From NCBI RefSeq assembly GCF_018350175.1, contig NC_058369.1:11162001-11226000 (forward strand): a DNA stretch of 64,000 nt, written 5' to 3'. Numbering within the stretch: the first letter of the stretch is position 1; each line of letters begins with the position of its first letter. Position numbers and translations under genes: made by a program. This DNA is from Felis catus. Lineage: Eukaryota. This document shows, piece by piece, positions 54,761 through 64,000 of this stretch. A model generated the notes under the pieces. It was not told the DNA's origin. It saw only the letters and a list, made by a program, of their open reading frames with translations, and searched no databases.

Positions 54761-55914
54761 AATTAGATTTCAGGAGAAGCTTATCAACAAATATCTGACA
54801 TTTCATGAGAAAGAAGGAGGAAGGGAGGGAAGCAGGGAGGGAGGGAGGGAGGGAGGAAGAAAGTGGTACATTTTCAGGAAGCTGAAAAATATTTTTAGGG
54901 TGGTGGTGGATGAAGCCGGAGAGGTGGCCAGGAACCCATTGTGAAAGATCAGATTCCTGTTTGGATGTGGTCCAGATGCCTTGTCCCTTCTACGTATTTA
55001 ATTTAGGACCTCCCTCTTCTTCTGCACATCCCTCATTGTTTTCCTCACATGGTCTCTGTTGGAAAGTCCCTTTCTTCCATTAGGAAGCTCATTAGCACTG
55101 ATGGAAAATTCTGTGGTCCATCAGTATACTTGAGGGTTCAAGGACTATCAGGATCAGCCGTCCTGAGTACCGAATCTTTATCAACAAACTTCTTTTTTTT
55201 TTTAATGTTTATTTTTGAGACGGAGAGAGAGCGAGACAGAGCACGGGTGGGGGCGGGGGGGCACAGAGAGAGAGGGAGACACAGAATCCGAAGCAGGTTC
55301 CAGGCTCTGAGCTGTCAGCCCAGAGCCCGACGTAGGGCTCGAACTCACGAACCGTGAGATCATGACCTGAGCCGAAGTCAGGCCCTTACCCAATGGAGCC
55401 ACTCAGACACCCCTATCAACAGACTCCTGAAGAGGTTCACTCCATCAGGACACTCACCAAGCACATAGTCTAATGCCTTACAAATTGGGGAAAGGCTTCT
55501 CTGGGTTTGTTTTGAGTGATCTTGGAGCTACACACATCTCTGAGTCCCGGCACTGCCACTTGCAGTCCTGGAGGTCAAGGTGGGAAAACCTGATTCCGCT
55601 TCACTTGGAGGAAAGTCTCACTCCATTCCCATCTAGGACCCCTCCCCCTTCATCCCTCCCATAGGACTTCTCCGCCAGCCCAGCACGTTTTGTCACAGTG
55701 ATTCTCAACGTGAACCGCTCTTTCTCATTCCCCACCCCCATCTTGCACCTCCACCAGAAGACACCCACTCGGGCATGTCCCTTCCTCAGGGAAGCCTCGC
55801 CAGATCCCTTAGTACTCTTGGTTGGGCTCAAGTTCTCATGGAACCACACTCCCTCCCCCCCACCTCAGCAGATTTATCTTAATGAACCTTATATTCATTA
55901 GTGGGATTGTTTTA

Positions 55915-56546
55915 CAAGTATCCCCCGCTTTCCAAAAGCTCCCATTATACCACTTCACTCTTAGGAAAGACCTACACTGGTGTCTGTCTTTGATAATTAA
56001 AGGAAATTTGAAGACAATTTCTGCTTTGATGGGGGAAAAAGAGGCAAAAAGTGAAAATGGCATTCGACTTTTGTTTCTCAGCGAGCCGCGATAGAGGCAG
56101 CGCGCACCCCATGCATCGCAAGTCTCCCTGCCAAGCTCCTTCCCTGGGAACTACTCTCAGCATCTCCGCATAAACACGTGTGGCCAACTGATCTTCAACA
56201 GAGCAGGAAAGAATATCCAGTGGAAGAAAGGCCGTCTCTTCAGCAAGTGGTGCTGGGAAAGCTGGACAGCGACCTGCAGAAGAAGGAACCTGATCCCTTC
56301 CTCACACCGCACACAAGCCGCCATAGCTTTGAACCTGTCTGGGAGCATCAGCGCTTTATCGCAAATTATTTTGTGCATCCGTGAGCAGGGTGTGTCCTGA
56401 AGTGTCAGAAAGGCTTTTGGGGGGGGGGGGGGGGATCTGAGAATGCTCAAAATTTTTTTCCACACAAAGTAATGGTGGTCACTGCTTCATTTTATGCCAC
56501 TTGGGCTTAGGAGTCCTCTACTTTGGGGGAGAGCAGGGGAAACCTG
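55915..56546. mobile_element. Tigger-type (TcMar) non-autonomous DNA transposon carrying an internal L1 ORF2 fragment
   Basis: Imperfect TIRs CAAGTATCCCCCGCTTT and GAGAGCAGGGGAAACCTG; TA at the left flank. Confidence 0.7.
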
Positions 56547-56900
56547 CTAATGACTGACTGCCTCCCCCAAGGAAATCTGAAGGCCACGACAGCATGGACC
56601 ATATCTAAATTTCCTCCATTATATTCACCATGCCGGAGCCATTGTAGACACTTAATAAATGTAGCAGGAAGGAGACCAGGGAGGGAGGGAAGAAAGTAAA
56701 GGAAGTCCTATCTAAAAATGTTCCCCCCAGGGACGCCTGAGTGCCTCAGTCCCTTAAGCGTCAGACTTTGGCTCAGGTCGTGGTTTCACGGTTCGTGAGC
56801 TCAAGGCCCACATCAGACTCTGCACTGACAATGCAGAGCCTGCTTGAGATTCTCTCCCTCTCTCTGCCTCTCTCTCTCTCTCTCTCTCTCTCTCCTTCTC

Positions 56901-56943
<43 letters not shown>

Positions 56944-59449
56944 ATTTAAAAAATGTTCCTCCCACTGTAGGAGGAAAAACACTTCCTGTGTAACACCAGC
57001 AAGCCTCCCCACCCCCCCCCCAGCAGGAATGGCCCCGTGTCTTGTCCACAATCAAGAGAACTTCAGGAGGCCAGTATTTGGAAGACCTTATTTCACATAG
57101 ACATTTTCCACCCATGATGGAAAGGCATCCAGAAGGCCTTGATAGCTCAGCAGTGGAGCCCCCTTGAGATCCACAACGTCTTATCAATTGACACGTAGCT
57201 GGCAGCCCTGTGAGCATCGGCTCTGTGCAGGCAATTCTAGCATAATCCCTTTTCCAGCAGTAAGTTTCCACACACTTGCTAGAATCCTCTCTCACTCATT
57301 CATTCCCATCTCTTTCCTCACCCATTTCTGAACACAAAAACATGTTTGTGACTCTTCATTGCAAGAGTAACCACAGTTGCCATTTCTGCTGGCTCATGGC
57401 ACTAATACATTATAATCATTCTTTTATCTTCATCACGTGCACAAAGATTGTAGCCATCATTAATTACTATTAAGTCATTGCATCCCACAGCAGGGTGAAC
57501 CAGGCCTCTTCCCAGCAGACTTGGCTCAGCCCATTGATGGTATCAATTTACAGCCACCTCCTTCCCCTCTCCTTTTCTCTGCCCTCATTATGAAAAAGAC
57601 ATACAGTGCACATGCCATGCAGCTTCCAAAACACCAACTCGCTGACCAGAGCCAATCTCCTAGTGTAAAGAGGCTGGTGTCCTGGGGTGTGGCAGGGGCT
57701 TGTCCAGGGCTCATGCCTGCTAGTGGAGATCAGTTAGGAATCTGCAGCCACTGCCCAGGTCATAGATATTGGCCATCCCAACTAAGAACTGATTCTGGAG
57801 AGAAAGGGATGAATCCAAGAGGTATGCAGGAAGTAAAATAGAGTGTTCTATAAGTAAGAGACGCTCTTTTAAGTGCTTTGACTATATTAACTCTTTACAA
57901 CAGCAAAGCAAGATGGACTTTATTGTCTCTTCTTTACAGACATGGAAACCGAGCCACTAAGAGCTTATGTTATGTAAGTCACTGAGGTCGGGCAACCCAA
58001 CCAGACAGTCTGATTCTACAACCTGTGTCTTTAACCATTATGTTACTGTGACTTCCACTCAGCTATCGGCTTGCTCTAAAGTGAAGAATGCCCATGTATT
58101 TGCATTCCCTCTACCTGCCCCCCCTTACACACACACACTCCCTCATACACACATACACCTACGTCATACTGATTGGCAGGAATGAGAGCGGTTGAGACCT
58201 ATAGATGCTCAAGGGGTAGACCAGACTGCAGAACGTGGCCCTGCACTGTGGGCTCACTCAGTCAAGGTCTGAGAGAGAACTGTTTTGTTGACAGACCTGC
58301 TTCAAGACACCCTGAGCAGTTTGGGCTGGCTCATTTATCCTGCTGAGCTCACATGACCTTCTCAGGCTGGACTTCTTCGATTTCTCTTCCATTGATCTGA
58401 ACCCTGAACCATGAAGGAAGGAAAATAAGAGACCTCAGGAGGCTGAGAGAGCTGTCTGCTGAGCCTAACTTACTTTGCTTTCCTAAACCTCAGTTTTCTC
58501 CAAGCAATCTCGAAGTTGTTGTCGGGCTCAGAGTGCCCATTCCTCAAATGCTCCGAGTGACAGCCCCACACCTGTGTTCCCCGTTGTATCGCAAGTTCAG
58601 TGGCTCACATAACTTTGATACGTTCAGGGAGGGAAGGAGAGCCTGGGGCACACGGGCGTCTTCCAAGACCATGGCCAACAAAATCCAGCAAGACGAGATG
58701 CCAGTCTCATCTTGTCGGGCGCCCAGGGGGTTGTTTACCCCTCAAGGGAGACTGAGACGACAAGAACTTGCCAAGTCTTTGAGCAACACCGCCTCCTTTC
58801 ATCACCACGAGTTCTCACTGCTGCAACCCTGACACAAGCAAAGGGGGCCCCAGAGGTCAGGACCTAAGGTTCAAATGGCACCATGGGCTAGTTGAGATAA
58901 GAATAAAGGAGTGTGCTAGTCGGGATGAGCACAGGGTGTTGTATGGGAGTAGTGAATCACTGTATTGTGTACCCATGAAACTAACATTACGCTACATAGT
59001 AACTAACTGGAATTTAAATTAAAACCTTTTTAAAAATAAAAATAAAAGACCAGAGGGGGAAAAAACAACAATCAAGGCACCAAGCAAGGAAACGGCTCTA
59101 TTGCTACAAAGATGGCTTCACACATGTGCCGGGAGGTGAGCATTCTTTGGGTGAGCACATGGCCATTCTCTGGCTGTGTGTAGAGGCAGGATGTTGCCAC
59201 TATGCCCGTGAGCTCACAGGACAATGGCGTCCACAGAGCGTGTGCACATTCAGCAAAGGGTCTCCCCTCACTTTTCTGTGAAACAGTCCAAGACACCAAG
59301 CAGTGTGGCGACTGGGTGCCCCACCCACATCTACCTGAGAAGGAAGCTCCTTTCAGGTCTGGGATGTCATTGTTGGCTATGACTGTGGCAATGTCAACCT
59401 ATGCCTAGACCTCAATATTTTATTGATTGAAACTCAATATGGTACAAGG

Positions 59450-61112
59450 CGGTGGTTTCCAAGCTTCACTACACGTCATGGTCATCTAGGGCTTTAGAAA
59501 GAAATCCTGGGACACCACGCACTGTGTGTCCTTTTGCGTCTGGTTCTTTTCACCTGAGAGTGATACTTGCAAAATCTATCCATACAGAGCTTCATTCTTT
59601 TTTATGTCTGAATAATATCCTGTTATATGGATAGATCACATATTGTTTATGCATTCATCCATTCGTGGACATTGAGCATTTACCTTTTGGCCACTGTGAA
59701 CAAGAACAGGCAAATTTATAGAGACAGGGGCATTGGGGTGGCTCAGTCTGTTAAGCATCTGACTTTTGATTTAGGCTCAGGTCATGATCTCACGGTTGGT
59801 GATACTGAGCCCCGTCTCAGGCTCTGCACTGACAGTATGGAGCCTGCTTGGGATTCTGTCTCCCTCACTCTCTGCCCCTCCTCTGCTCATACGCTCTCTC
59901 TCTCTCTCTCTTTCTCAAAGTAAATAAACTTTTAAAAAAAGAATGGGCAGGGGTGTCTGGGTAGCTCAATCAGTTAAGCCTCCGACTTCGGCTCAGGTCA
60001 TGATCTCACGGTCCGTGGGTTCGAGCCCCGCGTCGGGCTCTGTGCTGACAGCTCAAAGCCTGGAGCCTGCTTCGGATTCTGTGTCTCCCTTTCTCTCTGC
60101 TCCTCCTCCCTGCTCTCTCTCTCTCTCTCTCAAAAATAAACATTTAAAAAAAGGGGCGCCTGGGTGGCGCAGTCGGTTAAGCGTCCGACTTCAGCCAGGT
60201 CACGATCTCACGGTCCGTGAGTTCGAGCCCCGCGTCAGGCTCTGGGCTGATGGCTCAGAGCCTGGAGCCTGTTTCCGATTCTGTGTCTCCCTCTCTCTCT
60301 GCCCCTCCCCCGTTCATGCTCTGTCTCTCTCTGTCCCAAAAATAAATAAACGTTGAAAAAAATAAACATTTAAAAAAAGAACAGGCAAATTTATAGAGAC
60401 AGAATTAATTCAGAATAATGATTGCAAGAGCTGGCAGAAGGGGAGAATGAACTGCTTAATGATTACAGGGTTTTGACTTGAAGTGATGAAACTGTTCTGG
60501 AATTAGAGGTGTTGGTTGCACCACATTGGAAATGTACTCGGTGCTACTGAATTTTACCTTTTAAAATGGTTACAATAAAAAAACTTTAGAGAAATTAATA
60601 ACCTATAATTCCGCTAAAATTTTTTGTGTGTTTTTTTTTAATTTATTTATTTATTTTGAGGCAGGGGGAGGGACAAAGAGAGATAGGATCCCAAGCAAGC
60701 TCCATACTGTCAGCACAGACACTGATGCAGGGCTTGAACCCACAAACCGTGAGATGATGACCCGAGCTGAAGTTGGATATTTAACCGACGGAGCCACCCA
60801 GGCACCCCCAAAAAAGGATTTTAAAAATTAAAATAGGGGTGCCTGGTCGGCTCAGTCAGCAGAACATGTGATTCTTGATCTGAGGGTTGTAAGTTCAAGC
60901 CCCACATTGGATGTAGAGACTACTCTAAAAAAAATACAATCTTTAAAAATAAATAAATAAATAAAAATAGGGGCACCTGGGTGGCTCAGTCAGTTCAGCA
61001 TCTGACGCTTGATTTTGACTGAAGTCATGATCTCACAGTTCATGGGTTTGGCATCTTTGCTTGGGATTCTCTCTCTCTCTGTCTCTGCTCCTCCCCTCAC
61101 GTGCACACATGT

Positions 61113-61147
<35 letters not shown>

Positions 61148-61330
61148 AAATAAATAAATAAATAGATAAACTTAAAAAGATAAAAATAAAATTGTTACTA
61201 TGATAAATTTTATGATATATATGCCCTGAGCTCCATTAAATCAGATCTCTAGGGATGGGAGCCAGGCATTGGCATTTTTTAACATTCATTCAGTGCTTCC
61301 AATGTGCAGCGATGTTGGAAAACCAGTAGT
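59450..61330. mobile_element. MER5A-like element split by a 5'-inverted L1MB-like insertion that carries six SINECs (59727, 59950, 60153, 60630(-), 60836, 60970)
   Basis: MER5 halves at ~59450-59515 and ~61225-61330; L1 pieces in opposite orientations; SINE TSDs. Confidence 0.7.
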
Positions 61331-62248
61331 GTAAGGGGAGGAGGCAGGAGTCATGTGAATCAAGCACATCCACTTCCCAGGACTGGCTCAAAAGCTGTCT
61401 CCTCCAAGACCCACTCCAACCACTCTGTCACCATCTGTGCTCATCCTCTGTCACCCCCTCTCTGGTCTATTTCCATTTTAAACATGGCTCACCATCCACA
61501 TTATCTTGTTTATTAATATGCTCAGTTATTATCTGTCCCTTCCCACAAAACTGCGGGTTTTCAACCTTGTAACACATTCAGTTCACCTGGGTCTCTTTAA
61601 AAAAAAAAATCTATGTCAAGACCCACCTTGATGACTTAAATCAGAATCTTCTAGAGGAAGATGCAAACATCTATATTTTTAAGAGCTTCCCAAGTGACTG
61701 CAGCATAGCCATGGAAAAGAAGGGTTGCCTTGGTATGTAAGCCCCTGAGGACTGTGTATCCACAGCTCCAAAAACCGGTTCTGAGCCAGTGCCTGCTGAA
61801 TGGTCATGTTGTGCCTAGTCACTTTCCAGAAGCTGTTTTATTTCTTCCTCAGAACAGTTCTCCAAGCAGGTGTTAATAGGTGAGGCAATTCTGACTCAGA
61901 AAGGTTGTGATTTTGTCTGCAGCCAAACCAGAATGGAAATGCAGTATGGGGATAGCTCAGCCCCACTTCTTGTGCTGGGCCAGGGCAGGGGTCTCCTTGG
62001 GGTTCCCACAGCCTGCTGTACCCCCATTTCACCACTGGCCATCCTAAACTGTCTACAGACTGTCTGGATCCCCCATGAGAGCTCCAAGCAGACAGCTCAC
62101 CATCATAAAATAAAACAACAGAATGTCACCAAATAATAAAGTTAGACCACTATTAACATTGTAACACTAAATATAATTCATCAACTTAATTAATTGATTA
62201 ATTAACAGTTACCCCAGCCTATGATGAGTAATAGTTTCCTCCTTATCA

Positions 62249-63424
62249 TTTTTTTTTTGAGAGAGACAGAGAAAGAGAGGAAGCAGGGGAGGGTCAGGGA
62301 GAGAGGGAGAGAGAGAATCCCAAGTAGGCTCCATGCTGTCAGTGCAGAGCCCAATGCAGGGCTTGGACTCACGAACCATGAGATCATGACCTGAGATGAA
62401 GCCAAGACTCAGATGCTTAACCAACTGAGCCACACAGGCACCCCTCCTCCTTACCATCTTCATTCACAAAGATTTCTTGAACTCCCCCTCTTGGGCCCCT
62501 GCCCCAAGTCTTGTATTAGATGTTTTCATACTATAGTCTTAATGAGGGAGGTGGTATTACTCCAGCTTATACCTGCAGGGTTAGGGAACATGATGAGTGT
62601 CGATTCTGACAATGCCAGGCATTTGTTCCCAATTCACAGACCTTTATTGAATGTTTCCCTGGGCCATACTGATTGCTGAGTGAAAACTGTATGTGTGGCT
62701 CACACTTTTTCAGCCTTTCCTCTGCAGACATCACATCGGCATTATAAGAACAATATGAATGCCCCGGAGAAGTGGAGGGAGCCCTTGAAGTTAGGATCTG
62801 ACCTGGTCCAGGGAGGGTTCAGAGATGGCTTCCTACAGAAGTTTCATTTTACCTGACAATCAATTGACCTTTTAACAACAAAAAGTAGTGGTTATCACTC
62901 CCCAGCTCAGAATCCCTCAATGGCTACTCATTGTCTATGAGACCTATGAGTTGGTCTCCCCACAATCCAACAAAATCCAGACTCCCCAGAGTGAATTCAA
63001 GCCCATTCATTATCCGTCCCTTCCTGGACTCACCATTCTCACCACCACCAGCCCTTACATTTGATTCTCCAACCACATGGGAGCACATGGTACCTTGAAA
63101 ACACCAAGTCCTCTCCTCCACCTCTGCTGTTGTCTATACTGGGTCCCATCTGCCCACCTTAGAAAGCATTACTCATCCCTCAGGTCTTGGATGAAATGCC
63201 AGTCCCTCTGGAAAGCCAAACTGAAACTTTATTTTCTTTATTTATTTTGAGAAAGAGAGAGAGCACGGGAGGGGCAGAGAGAGAGGGAGGCAGAATCCCA
63301 AGCCGGCTCTGTGCTGTCAGCATGGAACCCAGTGCAGGGCTTGAACTCACAAACTGCGAGATCATGACCTGAGCCGAAATCAAGAGTCAGACGCTTAACC
63401 GACCGAGCCCCCCAGGAGCCCCCC
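62249..63424 (-). mobile_element. Two SINEC copies on the minus strand (62249-62443, 63227-63424)
   Basis: Reverse-complement SINE heads with poly(T). Confidence 0.85.
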
Positions 63425-64000
63425 AGACAGGCTTCTCTTCATGGAGTCTCTACACCAGGTTGTCTTTCTCTGGATAACTAATTGGTGGGTAACTCTGATT
63501 AATACAATTAATTTAACCAGTTGATTCATTAACTCACGGTTGCTAAAGCCCAGAGTGACACATTCTTCTTTTGCATACTGACACTGTGTAAATATATGTC
63601 TCACCAGAGACGCGAGAACCGTCTGAGGTCTTGTCATTGGTGTAGTGAGGAGGAACGGAGAAGGGACTGTCTCTGCCACTCTTCATTTCAGGAGACAATT
63701 GGACATCCCAAAGCATTCATCCATCTCACTCTGCCTTCTTGTGTACCTACTATGGCTCTGACTGACATATTCAAACATGGCCCTACCCCCAGGTACTGGC
63801 TCCATCTGCTACCACGGAGCACTTCAGGAAATATCCTTTTCTATCCCAGCCACATGGAGCTGGATCCTCCTAAGGACTCTCTCTGCAACACTCAGTGATG
63901 TGCTGCAACAAGCTCTTCCCAGCTCCACATTCTGTGACGCCATGTCGGTAACTTGAGATCATCCACCATGGGAATATTTACACCATGGAAATTTGTGGCA

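Noticed and set aside
58689..58714. Hairpin CAAGACGAGA-N6-TCTCATCTTG
   Set aside because: A 10-bp stem with one mismatch is expected by chance in 64 kb; no ncRNA context
57000..64000. CASP14, expected next by human synteny
   Set aside because: No caspase-like coding exon or QACRG motif seen; any upstream non-coding exon cannot be identified from sequence alone

Overview
Mammalian genomic DNA from a cat-family (felid) carnivore, judged from about 45 tRNA-derived Can-SINEs, several with felid SINEC_Fc-type sequence, plus carnivore-type L1 3' ends. Two divergently transcribed spliced genes could be reconstructed exon by exon with canonical GT-AG junctions and continuous frames. (1) SLC1A6 (EAAT4 glutamate transporter), minus strand: CpG-island 5' end near 14.3-15.3 kb, ATG at 8851, eight coding exons visible (488 codons); the gene runs off the left edge. 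(2) CCDC105/TEKTL1 (tektin-like), plus strand: 7 exons, 33270-42397, 500 aa, ATTAAA at 42544. The rest is mostly interspersed repeats (SINEC, L1, L2, MaLR LTRs, hAT and Tigger DNA transposons), microsatellites and AT-rich or G-run tracts. Repeat family names come from recalled consensus sequences, not a database search, and their boundaries are approximate. Most short ORFs in the track are GC-rich shadows or repeat-derived. I found no convincing new biological system. The best leads are modest: an RFX X-box-like palindrome that doubles as an upstream ATG at CCDC105, a tail-less L1 ORF2 fragment inside a Tigger element, repeated insertion at the same target sites, a YCAY-rich tract and possible truncated isoform in SLC1A6 intron 6, and a degenerate repeat array in CCDC105 intron 1.
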